Below are positions 1-9,777 of a DNA stretch of 64,000 bases, piece by piece. The DNA comes from Planctomycetota bacterium (GTDB taxonomy: Bacteria > Planctomycetota > UBA1135 > UBA2386). How positions within the stretch are numbered: position 1 is the stretch's first letter; each line of letters opens with the position of its first letter. The translations under genes were made by a program, and so were the position numbers. The notes below the pieces were generated by a model. The model was not told the DNA's origin. It saw nothing but the letters and a program-made list of their open reading frames with translations, and did no database searches. Location: the NCBI GenBank assembly GCA_965223545.1, contig OZ245006.1, positions 6,624,001-6,688,000 of the forward strand. The letters run 5' to 3'.

Positions 1-463
1 CCTCGCGGAGGTAGTCGTCCACGGTGAGGCCGTCGCCGCCGCCGCGCAGCAGGGCGGGGGCCTCGCGGTGAAACCGGTGGATGTCGCCCAGCATGCCGTA
101 GAACCACGGCCGCACGAGATTGCGACGTTGCGCGAACAGCCCGCGCAGCCCGCTGCCGCAGTACTCCACACCGGTGCGCTCGCAGCGCACGCTGAAGCTC
201 ATCTCGCTCGGTTGGCTGAGCACTGCCAGCTCGTCGAGCAGGCCGCGGAAGCGCGGATAGGTGCGGTCGTTGAAGACGATGAAGCCAGTGTCGATCGCGT
301 AGCGCTCACCGGCCCAACGCACCGCCACGGTGTTGGTGTGGCCACCCAGCCTGGGTGCTGCCTCGATCAGGGTGACGCGATACCGGCGCTGCAGATAGTG
401 CGCGCACACGAGGCCACTGACGCCGGCGCCGACGACGGCGATCGCAGCGCCGGCGGGCGGCAC
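1..463 (-). CDS. FAD-dependent oxidoreductase / amine oxidase family (Rv0449c-like), 5' part only; runs off the window
   Basis: Not in the ORF track. Manual translation of the minus strand gives AIAVVGAGVSGLVCAHYLQRRYRVTLIEAAPRLGGHTNTV...IDTGFIVFNDRTYPRF (GxGxxG Rossmann motif plus GGH and DTGFIVFN). GTG start at 463 (alternative 499). Confidence 0.85.
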   Translation of the reverse strand, partial: MPPAGAAIAVVGAGVSGLVCAHYLQRRYRVTLIEAAPRLGGHTNTVAVRWAGERYAIDTGFIVFNDRTYPRFRGLLDELAVLSQPSEMSFSVRCERTGVEYCGSGLRGLFAQRRNLVRPWFYGMLGDIHRFHREAPALLRGGGDGLTVDDYLRE

Positions 464-529
464 AGTGGTGGCATGCGGGTGTTGGCCGGGGAGGTGCACG
501 GTTCCAAAGCTGGGCTCGTGCCCGGAGCG

Positions 530-557
530 TTCGCCCTGGACGTGGCGGCGGTTGCAG
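530..557 (-). promoter_or_regulatory. Putative ECF (SigK-type) promoter for the FAD oxidoreductase
   Basis: Minus strand reads CTGCAACC-N16-CGAA, matching the copies at 579-605 and 3633-3660. Confidence 0.65.
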
Positions 558-578
558 CAAAAAAACAGCGGGCGCCCG

Positions 579-605
579 CTGCATCCGCGCGCCCGCTCCG
601 ACGAA
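579..605 (+). promoter_or_regulatory. Putative ECF (SigK-type) promoter for DUF1295 and the methyltransferase
   Basis: CTGCATCC-N15-CGAA just upstream of the GTG at 615. Confidence 0.65.
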
Positions 606-614
606 AGGCAGGTC

Positions 615-1439
615 GTGGCAGACGGAATCACGCTGCAACCACCTCCCTGGATCCTCCTTCTCCACGTCTGGCTGGCGGGTGTGGTGGTCATGGCGTTGCT
701 GTGGTGGCGGCAGCTGCGCACCGGCGACGCCACCGTCGTCGACGTGGCTTGGAGCGCGCTACTCGGTGGTGCTGCGCTCTACTACTGCTGGCGTAGCGAT
801 GGCGCGCCGGCCCAGCGGTGGCTCGTCGTAGGTGTCGGCGGCCTCTGGTCGGCGCGTCTGACGTGGCACCTTGCCGCTGACCGGCTCGGCGGCGAGGAGG
901 ACGGCCGCTACCGCGCCCTGCGCCGCCACTGGGGGGCCGGCGCGCCCCTCCACTTCGCCTGGTTCTTTCAGCTGCAGGCCGCGGCGGCGGCCGTGCTCTC
1001 GGTTCCGTTCTTGCTGGCGGCGGCCAACCCGCACCCGCTGAGTGCGGTGCAGGGCGCGGGGGTTGGGCTCGTCGTTCTGGGCGTTGCCGGTGAATCGGTC
1101 GCCGACGCTCAGCTGGCGCGCTTCCGGCGCGATCCGGCGTCGCGTGGCCGGGCGTGCCGGAGTGGGCTGTGGCGCTACAGTCGGCATCCGAACTACTTCT
1201 TCGAGTGGGTCGTGTGGTGCGGTTTCGCCGTGCTCGCGCTGCCGGCTCCGTACGGGGTGGTCGCGCTGCTCGCGCCGGTCGTCATGTACGTCTTGGTGCG
1301 TTGGGTGAGCGGCATCCCGCACACCGAGGCCCAGGCGCTGCGGTCGCGCGGCGACGACTATCGCGCGTATCAGGCCGAGACCAACGCGTTCTTCCCCGGG
1401 CCGGCGCGCGGCGGCCCGACTGCCGAGGCAGCTTCGTGA
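615..1439 (+). CDS. DUF1295 / steroid 5-alpha reductase-like membrane protein
   Basis: Hydrophobic helices; [24 protein letters not shown] and [15 protein letters not shown] motifs. Start taken at GTG 615 after a purine-rich AAAGGCAGG. Confidence 0.9.
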   Translation: MADGITLQPPPWILLLHVWLAGVVVMALLWWRQLRTGDATVVDVAWSALLGGAALYYCWRSDGAPAQRWLVVGVGGLWSARLTWHLAADRLGGEEDGRYRALRRHWGAGAPLHFAWFFQLQAAAAAVLSVPFLLAAANPHPLSAVQGAGVGLVVLGVAGESVADAQLARFRRDPASRGRACRSGLWRYSRHPNYFFEWVVWCGFAVLALPAPYGVVALLAPVVMYVLVRWVSGIPHTEAQALRSRGDDYRAYQAETNAFFPGPARGGPTAEAAS

Positions 1440-2464
1440 GCGTCGCCATGGGCTTGCTGGAGCGCGGCCTTCTGCCGGATTGGGTGGTGCGTGCCGGCAT
1501 TCGCCAGCGATTGCGACGGCGGCTCCGTCGCGAGCAGAGTGGAGGCATCGAGGCCCAGCAGCAGGGGATTTCGGCGTGGATCCACGAACTCGACCACAGT
1601 CCGATTGCCGTGGGAGTCGAGGCCGCGAACCGCCAGCACTACGAGGTGACGCCCGCGTTCTTCGCTTCCGTGCTCGGCCCGCGCATGAAGTACAGCTGCG
1701 GGCTGTGGTCGGACGACCATGCCGACCTCGGCCGTGCCGAGGAGGCGATGCTCGACCTCACCGCGAAGCGCGGTCTGCTGGTCGATGGCATGGACGTCCT
1801 CGACCTGGGCTGCGGCTGGGGCTCGCTGTCGCTGTGGATCGCGGAGCACTACCCGCGGTGCCGCGTGCTGGCGGTCTCCAACTCGGCCGCCCAGCGGCAG
1901 TGGATCGAGCAGCGGCGGGCGGAGGTCGGGGCCACGAACCTCGAGGTCGTCACCTGCGACGTCAGTACGTTCGAGGTCGACCGGCGTTTCGACCGGGTGT
2001 TCTCGGTCGAGATGTTCGAGCACCTGCGCAACTATCGCGAGCTGCTGCGCCGCGTTGCCGGCATGCTCGCCGACGACGGCCGGCTGTTCGTGCACGTCTT
2101 CGCCCATCGCGAGCTGGCCTATCCGTTCGAGGCGGCGCGCGACGACGACTGGATGGCGCGCGAGTTCTTCACCGGGGGACAGATGCCCGCGGATCGGCTG
2201 TTGCTCTACTTTCAGGATCACCTGCAGATCGAGCAGCACTGGCGCGTCGACGGTCGGCACTACCAGCGAACGGCGGAGGCGTGGTTGCAGAACCTCGATC
2301 GCAACCGCGCCGCGCTGCGGCCGATCCTGGCCGAGGTCTACGGCGAGCGCGGCGCGCGGATGGAGCACGCCTGGCGGACCTTCTTCATGGCGTGCGCCGA
2401 GCTCTGGGGTTATCGCTCGGGGCAGGAGTGGCACGTGTCCCACTACCGTTTCCGCCGCCGGTGA
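1436..2464 (+). CDS. SAM-dependent methyltransferase, cyclopropane-fatty-acyl-phospholipid synthase (Cfa/UfaA)-like
   Basis: [38 protein letters not shown] motifs; GTGA overlap with the upstream stop. Confidence 0.9.
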   Translation: MSVAMGLLERGLLPDWVVRAGIRQRLRRRLRREQSGGIEAQQQGISAWIHELDHSPIAVGVEAANRQHYEVTPAFFASVLGPRMKYSCGLWSDDHADLGRAEEAMLDLTAKRGLLVDGMDVLDLGCGWGSLSLWIAEHYPRCRVLAVSNSAAQRQWIEQRRAEVGATNLEVVTCDVSTFEVDRRFDRVFSVEMFEHLRNYRELLRRVAGMLADDGRLFVHVFAHRELAYPFEAARDDDWMAREFFTGGQMPADRLLLYFQDHLQIEQHWRVDGRHYQRTAEAWLQNLDRNRAALRPILAEVYGERGARMEHAWRTFFMACAELWGYRSGQEWHVSHYRFRRR

Positions 2465-2499
2465 GCACGCGGTCGTGAGCCCGCGGTGGGCGTGGCCGA

Positions 2500-3558
2500 T
2501 CACCTCTGCACCAGCGTCGTCCCGGCGGCGACCGCGTCGGCGGGGTCGGTGGCCATCGCGTCGGCGCCGACGCGGCGCCAGAGGTCGGCCACCGCCAGGT
2601 AGGGCGGGCCGCCGACGAGGATCGGAAGGGCCTTCGTGTCGGTCGCCGAGCGCACCGCCGCGATGAGATCGGCAGTGGCCGACAGGTGCAGGGTCATCGT
2701 GGTGGAGACTGCCAGTAGGTCCGCTTCGAAGTGCTGCACGGCCGCGGCGACGTCGAGGCCGGGGATGCCGGTGCCGACGTGCACGGCCGTCCAGCCGTCC
2801 AGCTCGAATGCGTCCTTGATCATGCGGATTCCGAGCTCGTGCAGGTTGCCGGTCGCCGCCACGGTGAGTACGCGGCGGCCGCAACCGGGCTGGCACGGCG
2901 CCGCGTTGCGAATCGCGGCCATCGCGCGCTCGACCACGTGCGAGGCGTAGTGCTCTTCGGCGGTGTGGACCTCCGCCATCTGCCACATCCGTCCGATCTC
3001 GCTCTGTACCAACGTCAGGACTTCGTGGGCCCTTGCCACTGGCAAACCGTCCGCGACCGCGTCGCGCAGGATCGCGACGGCGTCGTCGGCCCGGGTCTCG
3101 AGCGCGGCGAGCAAGAAGGGGCGCGCGAGTGCGGTGATCTGGGTGTCCGGCGCCAGCAGGCTCGGCAGCTGCGCGGGTGCTGCGGCCAGAGATGCTGCCG
3201 CAGCGCGGGCTGCTTCCGCGGCCCGCTGCGCGACCTCGGCGGGCAGCGTCCGGGCCAAGCGCACCGCGATGCCCTCGAGGGTCATCGCCAAGTACTCGGC
3301 AGGCACGTCGCGCGCGGCCTGTGCCACCTTGTCCCACGCGGCTTGTCGCGACAGCAGAACGGGGCAGTCGGCGGCCACCGCTTCGGCGGTGAACAGCAGG
3401 CGCGTGGCGACGTCGTCGTGCGGATCGGCGAAGGCGCGCGGCACATCGCGATCGATCAGCTCCGGACGCCGTGTGCGCATCCAGTCGACGACGGCGGCTG
3501 CGTGCGCGCGCTGGCCCGCGCGAATCAGCTGCGCCGCGAACCTGCCATTCGGATCCAT
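2500..3558 (-). CDS. Cobalamin (B12)-binding domain protein with CarH-type W-x9-EH cap and an unassigned helical N-terminal domain
   Basis: IGRMWQMAEVHTAEEHYAS (W-x9-EH), GNLHELG (D/ExHxxG variant), LLAVSTT, ILVGG. No HTH seen. Start ATG 3558. Confidence 0.85.
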   Translation of the reverse strand: MDPNGRFAAQLIRAGQRAHAAAVVDWMRTRRPELIDRDVPRAFADPHDDVATRLLFTAEAVAADCPVLLSRQAAWDKVAQAARDVPAEYLAMTLEGIAVRLARTLPAEVAQRAAEAARAAAASLAAAPAQLPSLLAPDTQITALARPFLLAALETRADDAVAILRDAVADGLPVARAHEVLTLVQSEIGRMWQMAEVHTAEEHYASHVVERAMAAIRNAAPCQPGCGRRVLTVAATGNLHELGIRMIKDAFELDGWTAVHVGTGIPGLDVAAAVQHFEADLLAVSTTMTLHLSATADLIAAVRSATDTKALPILVGGPPYLAVADLWRRVGADAMATDPADAVAAGTTLVQR

Positions 3559-3632
3559 CGACCCGGTGTAGCACGCGGCGCGTCGAGCCCGCAACCGATT
3601 TGGGGGGGTGTCAGGATCGATGCCGGCGAAAC

Positions 3633-3660
3633 CTGCATCCGCGCCGCCGTCGCTGGCGAA
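3633..3660 (+). promoter_or_regulatory. Putative ECF (SigK-type) promoter for fasciclin-sigma-antisigma
   Basis: CTGCATCC-N16-CGAA, 13 nt before ATG 3674; first 12 nt (CTGCATCCGCGC) identical to the 579 copy. Confidence 0.7.
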
Positions 3661-3673
3661 CCCCTTGTCGACC

Positions 3674-4591
3674 ATGAAACACTCACCTCTCTTGCTCGCT
3701 GGAGCGACGTTCTTGTTCTCGATCACCGGCAACGCGCAGAGCTCCTGCACGGATGGCACAGGACACAAGTCCGGAGACCTGGTGGAGGTGGCGACCAAGG
3801 CCGGCTCCTTCGGTACTCTGGTCGCCGCGCTCGAGGCCGCAGACCTGGTCGAGACGCTGCGCGGCGACGCGCACTTCACAGTCTTCGCGCCGACCGATGC
3901 CGCGTTCGAGCGTCTCGGCCGCGATACCGTGCACCAGCTGCTGCAGCCCCAGAACCGCGATCGCTTGCGCGCGATCCTCACCTATCACGTCGTCCCCGGA
4001 TCGGTGGATTCGAAGCACGTCGTGGCGGCCAAGGAGCTGCACACGGTCAACGGCGCGGCGCTCGCCGTGCACGCCGGCGACGAGGTGCGCGTTGGCGGGG
4101 CCAAGGTCCTCAAGGTCGACATCGCCGCCAGCAATGGGACCATCCACGTCATCGACCACGTGCTGACACCGCCGGAGGCCCCTGCCGACCTCATCGACGT
4201 CGCTCAGCGGGCCGGCAACTTCGGCACGCTGATCACGGCGGCGCGTGCCGCCGGTCTCGATGCCGCGTTGCGCGGCGACGGACCGTTCACCGTCCTCGCC
4301 CCGACCGATGCCGCATTTGCCCAACTCGGTGAAGAGCAGATCGGTGCGCTCTTGAAGCCGGAGAACATCGAGCGGTTGCAGGCAATCCTCAAGCTTCACG
4401 TCGTTGCCGGTGGGTTGAGCGCGCGCGACGCCGTGCGCGCCGGCAAGGCAGAGACGCTGCAGGGTGGCAAGGTCGCCTTCGAGATCGTCGATGGGCAGCT
4501 GCGCGCCGGCGGTGCGGCGGTGATCCGCAACGACCTGCAAGCCAGCAACGGCGTCATCCACGTCATCGACACGGTCTTGCTGCCCGAGTGA
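3674..4591 (+). CDS. Secreted protein with two fasciclin (FAS1) domains
   Basis: Signal peptide; two copies each of FTV(F/L)APTDAAF and ASNG(T/V)IHVID. Confidence 0.95.
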   Translation: MKHSPLLLAGATFLFSITGNAQSSCTDGTGHKSGDLVEVATKAGSFGTLVAALEAADLVETLRGDAHFTVFAPTDAAFERLGRDTVHQLLQPQNRDRLRAILTYHVVPGSVDSKHVVAAKELHTVNGAALAVHAGDEVRVGGAKVLKVDIAASNGTIHVIDHVLTPPEAPADLIDVAQRAGNFGTLITAARAAGLDAALRGDGPFTVLAPTDAAFAQLGEEQIGALLKPENIERLQAILKLHVVAGGLSARDAVRAGKAETLQGGKVAFEIVDGQLRAGGAAVIRNDLQASNGVIHVIDTVLLPE

Positions 4592-4690
4592 CCGCGCGGC
4601 GGAACCGTGCCCATCGCCGCCCGAAGCACGGCGTGCTTGAGACCGGGTTGGCCTCGTCATCTAATGCCCGCACCGTGCCTCGGGCCCAGT

Positions 4691-5254
4691 ATGAGTGACG
4701 ATCTGCTGCCGAAGGTTGCCGCCGGTGATGCCGCCGCCGTCGAGCAGTGCCTGCGCCGCTACAGCGGTCGCGTGTGGGCACTGGCGCTGCGCGCCTGTGC
4801 GGATGCGCAAGATGCCGAGGATGTCGTGCAGGAGATCTTTGTCGAGCTCTGGCGGTCGGCGGCGCGCTTCGACGCGGGCGTGGCTTCCGAGCTGACCTTC
4901 GTGCTCACCATCGCACGCCGGCGGTTGGTCGACCGCGTCCGCCGCCGCGGCCGCCGCCCGGTGGTCGAGAGCTTGGAGTCGGGCGGACCGGCGGCCGAGG
5001 CCGATGACCACGGCGGAATGGCCAACCTCGAGCAGTCGGACGAGCTGACTCGCGCCCGTGGCGCGCTGCAGCAGCTGCGGCCCGAGCAGCGCCGGGTATT
5101 GGAGATGGCCCTGGTCGATGGGCACACCCATCAGGAGATCGCGGCGCACATCGGCATCCCGCTGGGCACGGTCAAGAGTCACGCACGGCGGGGACTGATG
5201 CGAGTGCGTGAAATGCTCGGCGTGGACCGCTCCGAGCCGGGAGGTGCGCGATGA
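4691..5254 (+). CDS. ECF sigma-70 factor (SigK-like)
   Basis: DAEDVVQEIFVELWRSAARFD (region 2) and THQEIAAHIGIPLGTVKSHARRGL (region 4). Confidence 0.93.
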   Translation: MSDDLLPKVAAGDAAAVEQCLRRYSGRVWALALRACADAQDAEDVVQEIFVELWRSAARFDAGVASELTFVLTIARRRLVDRVRRRGRRPVVESLESGGPAAEADDHGGMANLEQSDELTRARGALQQLRPEQRRVLEMALVDGHTHQEIAAHIGIPLGTVKSHARRGLMRVREMLGVDRSEPGGAR

Positions 5255-6048
5255 GTGGGCACCGGGACGACGATCTCCAGGCTCAGCTGCTCGATGCGGC
5301 AGTGTTCGCTCACGATGCAGCCGTGGGTGAAGCAGCCGAGCGCGCCGCCCTCGCCGCGGGCGACGCGGCGCGCCAGCACATGGCGGAGTGGGAGGGCTGC
5401 GCCGCCTTGGTCGCGGGCGCGATGGTCGAGTCCGCGGTGGAGCCGGTGCCGAGCCACTTGTGGCAGCGCCTGCGCGGTGACGCGATGGCCGCGGTGGCCG
5501 AGCTGCAGCAAGTCCAGCCTCGACAGCGGGACATCGCCGATGCGGCGCCAGCGTCGCCGCGCACTGCGCTGCGCTGGTTCTCGTGGGCGGCGATCGTCAC
5601 CGCCACTGCGGTGCTCGCTTGGTCGATGGGGGCGCGCCGGGCCGCGCCGCAGTCGCCGCAGGTCGAGCGTGCCGCGATGCTGGCGGCGGAGCCCGACCTG
5701 ACCCCCCTCGACTGGGGTGCCGGACCCAACCCGGCCGGTGCCGGGATCAGCGGGGACGTGGTCTGGTCCGTGCGCGAGCAGCGCGGATTCCTGCGGCTGA
5801 GAGGCCTGCGCAGCAACGATCCCGCGCGCGCCCAGTACCAGCTTTGGATCGTCGACGCCGCGCGCGGCATGCCGCCGGTGGACGGCGGCGTGTTCGACGT
5901 TCCCGCCGGCGGCGGGGAGCTGGTCGTGCCGATCGACGCAAAGTTGTCGATCGCCGAGGCCCAGCTGTTCGTCATCACCGAAGAACCGCCGGGTGGAGTG
6001 GTCGTCTCCGAGCGCGGCGATCGCGTCGTCGCCGTCGCCGGCGGCTGA
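5251..6048 (+). CDS. Anti-sigma factor, RskA family
   Basis: ATGA overlap with the sigma gene; one TM helix; YQLWIVD, PVDGGVFDV, FVITEEPPGGV motifs. Confidence 0.9.
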   Translation: MSGHRDDDLQAQLLDAAVFAHDAAVGEAAERAALAAGDAARQHMAEWEGCAALVAGAMVESAVEPVPSHLWQRLRGDAMAAVAELQQVQPRQRDIADAAPASPRTALRWFSWAAIVTATAVLAWSMGARRAAPQSPQVERAAMLAAEPDLTPLDWGAGPNPAGAGISGDVVWSVREQRGFLRLRGLRSNDPARAQYQLWIVDAARGMPPVDGGVFDVPAGGGELVVPIDAKLSIAEAQLFVITEEPPGGVVVSERGDRVVAVAGG

Positions 6049-6118
6049 GGGGCGTGCGCGACGCCGTGGCGAAATCGGCTGTTCGAATAACCCGCTGGCT
6101 CTAGAGTTAGCGGCGATC

Positions 6119-7114
6119 ATGAGTATTCGCAACAAACTGCGCCCGCTGCGCCGCGGCTCGGGCCCCAGCCCGCGGATCATCGGGGCCGTGGCGCTGGGGT
6201 TGTTCGTGGTGGCCGGTTTCCTGTCGGCCTACTACACCATCCCGGCGGAGTCCGAGGGCGTCGTGCTCCGGTTCGGCCGTTACACCAAGACGGTTCCGTC
6301 GGGCCTGCACTTCAAGATTCCGTTCGGGGTCGACGTCGTCGAAGTCGTGCCGGTCAAGCGGCAGCTCAAGCAGGAGTTCGGCTTCGCCACCCCCGGTGCC
6401 ACCAACCCGTGGCAGCACAGCGGTCGCAACGAGTGGAACGACGAGAAGGCGATGGTGACCGGCGACCTCAACGCCGCGCTGGTCGAGTGGGTCGTCCAGT
6501 ACCGCATCGAGCGGCCCGAGCACTACTTGTTCAAGGTGCGCAACGCCGACGCGACGCTGCGCGATGCCTCGGAGAGCGTGATGCGGGAGGTGGTTGGCGA
6601 TCGCACCGTGGACGAGGTGATCACCATCGGTCGCCAGGGCATCGAGGACGAGGCCCTGCAGCGGCTGCAGACGCTGGTCGCCAGCTACGAGATGGGGATC
6701 CGCATCGACCAGGTGCAGCTCAAGAACGTCAACCCGCCGGAGCGAGTGCAGGCGTCGTTCAACTTGGTCAACCAGGCGCAGCAGGAGCGCGAGCGGTCGA
6801 TCAACATCGCGAACGGTGAGTACAACAAGTCGATCCCGCGTGCCCGGGGCGAGGCGGACCAGCAGATCCGCGCCGCCGAGGGCTATGCCAAGAAGCGCAT
6901 CAACGAGGCCGAGGGTGACGTCGCGGCGTTTCTCGCGCTGTTGACGGAGTTCAACAAGGCGCCCGAGGTGACGCGGCGGCGCATCTACTTGGAGACGATG
7001 GGCGAGGTTCTGGCCAACGTGCGCCACAAGGTCATCGTCGATGAGAACACCAAGGGCCTGCTGCCGCTGCTCAATCTCGGCGGGGTCGGGTCGCAGCCAG
7101 GAGGGCAACAGTGA
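6119..7114 (+). CDS. hflK: FtsH protease modulator HflK (SPFH domain)
   Basis: GVVLRFGRY, MVTGDLNAALVEWVVQYRI, VNPPERVQASFN, APEVTRRRIYLETM. Confidence 0.93.
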   Translation: MSIRNKLRPLRRGSGPSPRIIGAVALGLFVVAGFLSAYYTIPAESEGVVLRFGRYTKTVPSGLHFKIPFGVDVVEVVPVKRQLKQEFGFATPGATNPWQHSGRNEWNDEKAMVTGDLNAALVEWVVQYRIERPEHYLFKVRNADATLRDASESVMREVVGDRTVDEVITIGRQGIEDEALQRLQTLVASYEMGIRIDQVQLKNVNPPERVQASFNLVNQAQQERERSINIANGEYNKSIPRARGEADQQIRAAEGYAKKRINEAEGDVAAFLALLTEFNKAPEVTRRRIYLETMGEVLANVRHKVIVDENTKGLLPLLNLGGVGSQPGGQQ

Positions 7115-8103
7115 TGCGTGCTCGAACTCCTCTGATCATCGCGGCGATCGTCGCGTTCGCGTTGCTGTTCATCGTCTCCGGCGGCGTCTACACGGTGCAC
7201 GAGACCCAGCAGGTGATCGTCACCCAGTTCGGCAAGCCGGTCGGCGAACCGGTGACCGAGGCCGGCATGCACTTCAAGATCCCGTTCGTGCAGGAGGTGA
7301 ACCGCATCGACAAGCGGATCCTGGAGTGGGACGGGCAGCGCACCGAGATGCCGACCAAGGACAAGCTCTACATCTCGGTCGACACCTACGGTCGCTGGCG
7401 GATCACGGATCCGCTCGAGTACTTCTTGCTCCTGCGTGACGAGCGCAGCGCGCAATCGCGGCTCGAAGACATTCTCGGCAGCGAGACCCGCAACGCGATT
7501 GCCAAGCACGACCTTGTCGAGGTCGTGCGCACCGACAAGGACCGCCAGCCGGAGCGCGACGAGACGCTGGCGGCGGCGACCACGGGCGGTTCCTCGGGCA
7601 GCCAGGTCGGGAACCTGCAATCGATCAGCAAGGGCCGGAAGATGATCGAGCGGGAGATCCAGGCCGCGGCCCGCGCCAAGCTGGCCCAGTTCGGCATCGA
7701 GCTGCTCGACGTGCGCTTCAAGCGCATCAACTACAACCAGAGCGTGGTCGAGAAGATCTACGACCGCATGGAGACCGAGCGCCAGCAGATCGCCTCGCGC
7801 TTCCGCTCCGAGGGCGAGGGCGAGGCTGCGAAGATCCTCGGCAACAAGGAGCGCGATCTCAGCGAGATCGAATCGGAGGCCTACCGCTCGGTGCAGACGA
7901 TCCGCGGCGAGGCCGATGCGCGCGCCACCGAGATCTACGCCAACGCCTACGACCAGAGCCCGGAGGCCCGTGCGCTGTACGAGTTCGTCAAGACGATGGA
8001 CACGCTCAAGCGCGTCGTCGGCGAAGACAGCACGATCGTCTTCTCCACCGACGGCGACCTGTTCAAGTTCTTGAACCGAGCCGCCGGCGGCGACGGCGAG
8101 TAG
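7111..8103 (+). CDS. hflC: FtsH protease modulator HflC
   Basis: VIVTQFGKPV, GMHFKIPFVQ, WRITDPL, IYDRMETERQQIASRFRSEGEGEA; follows hflK. Confidence 0.93.
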   Translation: MMRARTPLIIAAIVAFALLFIVSGGVYTVHETQQVIVTQFGKPVGEPVTEAGMHFKIPFVQEVNRIDKRILEWDGQRTEMPTKDKLYISVDTYGRWRITDPLEYFLLLRDERSAQSRLEDILGSETRNAIAKHDLVEVVRTDKDRQPERDETLAAATTGGSSGSQVGNLQSISKGRKMIEREIQAAARAKLAQFGIELLDVRFKRINYNQSVVEKIYDRMETERQQIASRFRSEGEGEAAKILGNKERDLSEIESEAYRSVQTIRGEADARATEIYANAYDQSPEARALYEFVKTMDTLKRVVGEDSTIVFSTDGDLFKFLNRAAGGDGE

Positions 8104-8122
8104 TGCGGCGCGGCCGCCGCGC

Positions 8123-9256
8123 TCAGTTGAGGCAGCGGCGGCTGTTGCGGAACGCGATGATCGTGTTGCGCGAGCCCGCACTGAACGTGTTCGCGCAGGT
8201 GATGAACGCGTTCATCGTGAAGCGTCGGCAGCTGCAGTGGCCGGCGTTCCAGGTGTGGCCGAGCTCATGCGCCGACAGGTCGGTGGCGCAGGAGAAGTTG
8301 TTGTTGAAGTCGGACTGCACCACGCTGAAGCCGTAGTTGAGGTTGCACACGGTGCCGAGATAGGCGATGCCGATGGTGCCACCGGAGATGTCCTTGCCGG
8401 TGAACATCTGCACCACGTCGCGCGGCCCGCTGACGTTGCGCCACGCGCGGCGCACCTCGGCGAGCATGCGGGTGGCCCGCCTGCTCTTGTATGGATCGCT
8501 CGAGTTCGAGCGGATGATGACCCTGCCCAACACGTGCGTGATTCCGACCTCGTTCTGGTACTGCCGGTTCATCGTGTTGATGACGCTTTCGATGCGGGCC
8601 CGCGTGTTGCTTCCCCATCGCCGGTAGTACTCGTAGTCCGTGTCGATGCCGAGCTCGGCAGTTCCGGCGGTACGCGCCGTGGACGAGGAGGGACCGCCCA
8701 CTCCGGCATCCTGCGGCGCGATGCGCAGGCTGTTGTCCGTGCCGCAAGAATGCGCGCCCATGATCACGTCGCGGGTCTGGTACAGTGCGTGCCATTCGCT
8801 GCCCGCGCGGACGCCCAGTGGCGCCACGGGCTGGATCCAGTAGTCATCACCCTGTCCGCCGATGACGCGTGCCCAAAGGCCGCCCATCATCCAGGAACCG
8901 GCGACCTCGCTGTTCGGGTCGCCGACCACGGTGCCCCGGTAGGTGCGGACCGGCTCGGGCGGCAATGGCACCAGGCTGCCGTCGTCGCGCTGCTCGAAGG
9001 CGGCGTAGTTCGGACCGCGCACCGAATACGGCTGCAGCGACAGCACGATCGGGTCGGCGCCGGTGTCGATGGCGACCACGAGGGGGGTGCCGACCGTTCC
9101 GAGCTTGCGCACCATCGCGAGGTGCGCATCGCGGACCGAGAGGGCCTGCTCCACCTGGTCGCGGACCTCAGGTCCGGGGACGGACTGCGTGGCGGTGGGC
9201 GCGCACAGCGCACCGGCGAGGGCGAGGGAGAGAAGAGACGAGGTTCGCGTCAGCAT
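8123..9256 (-). CDS. Secreted reprolysin-like (M12B) zinc metalloprotease
   Basis: Signal peptide, pro-domain HSCGT cysteine switch, GIAYLGTVC, HELGHTWNAGH zinc motif and a downstream Met-turn (FTMN). Confidence 0.9.
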   Translation of the reverse strand: MLTRTSSLLSLALAGALCAPTATQSVPGPEVRDQVEQALSVRDAHLAMVRKLGTVGTPLVVAIDTGADPIVLSLQPYSVRGPNYAAFEQRDDGSLVPLPPEPVRTYRGTVVGDPNSEVAGSWMMGGLWARVIGGQGDDYWIQPVAPLGVRAGSEWHALYQTRDVIMGAHSCGTDNSLRIAPQDAGVGGPSSSTARTAGTAELGIDTDYEYYRRWGSNTRARIESVINTMNRQYQNEVGITHVLGRVIIRSNSSDPYKSRRATRMLAEVRRAWRNVSGPRDVVQMFTGKDISGGTIGIAYLGTVCNLNYGFSVVQSDFNNNFSCATDLSAHELGHTWNAGHCSCRRFTMNAFITCANTFSAGSRNTIIAFRNSRRCLN

Positions 9257-9578
9257 GGGGACGTCCTTTTCGGGATCGTGAGTGCGACTGTCTTGGCAGG
9301 AGCCGCAATGCGGCCCTGAGCATAGAGTGTCGAACTCTGCCCGTCGCGGAATTGGCAGCACGGCGGTGGAACTCCGGCCGGTGCCGCCCCGCCTCTAGAA
9401 CTTTCCCGAGTTGCCCGTGTCGTTCGGCACGGCCTCCGCGTTCGTCCATCGTTCGACAATCCGCTCGTCCTCGAGCCTGAAGATGTCGAAGACCGCGTGG
9501 GCCTGCGCGCCGATGTCTACCTTGCTGTATGTCACGACGAAGTTGCCCTGGCCAACGAGTCGAAAGACCTCGCAGTAC

Positions 9579-9777
9579 CTCAGCGCGGCCGGGGCCGCAA
9601 CCAAACACGGATGCCGCTCTTGCCGGAGCGGGTTGGAAGGCCGGACACATCCGCCGCCGCGCTGAGCCAGGAGGCACTGTCTCTCCGAGCCTCCGGCGCG
9701 GCGGCGTTGTCGCCATGGCAGCGACGTCGCCTCGAAAATGTTGTCGAAGCTCGAAGATTCGAGGCGCCGGAGGCTCA
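9579..9777 (-). repeat. TGAG-bounded two-hairpin repeat, copy 1 (A1+B1), 195-bp period, in frame inside the SnoaL gene
   Basis: CTCA at 9579-9582 and 9774-9777; near-identical to the reverse complement of 50346-50544; removal restores GDAV|RYCE. Confidence 0.92.

Noticed and set aside
3559..3632. Cobalamin riboswitch or fourth ECF promoter upstream of the B12-binding gene
   Set aside because: Region too short and no B12 box seen; GCAACC at 3591 lacks a correctly spaced CGAA.
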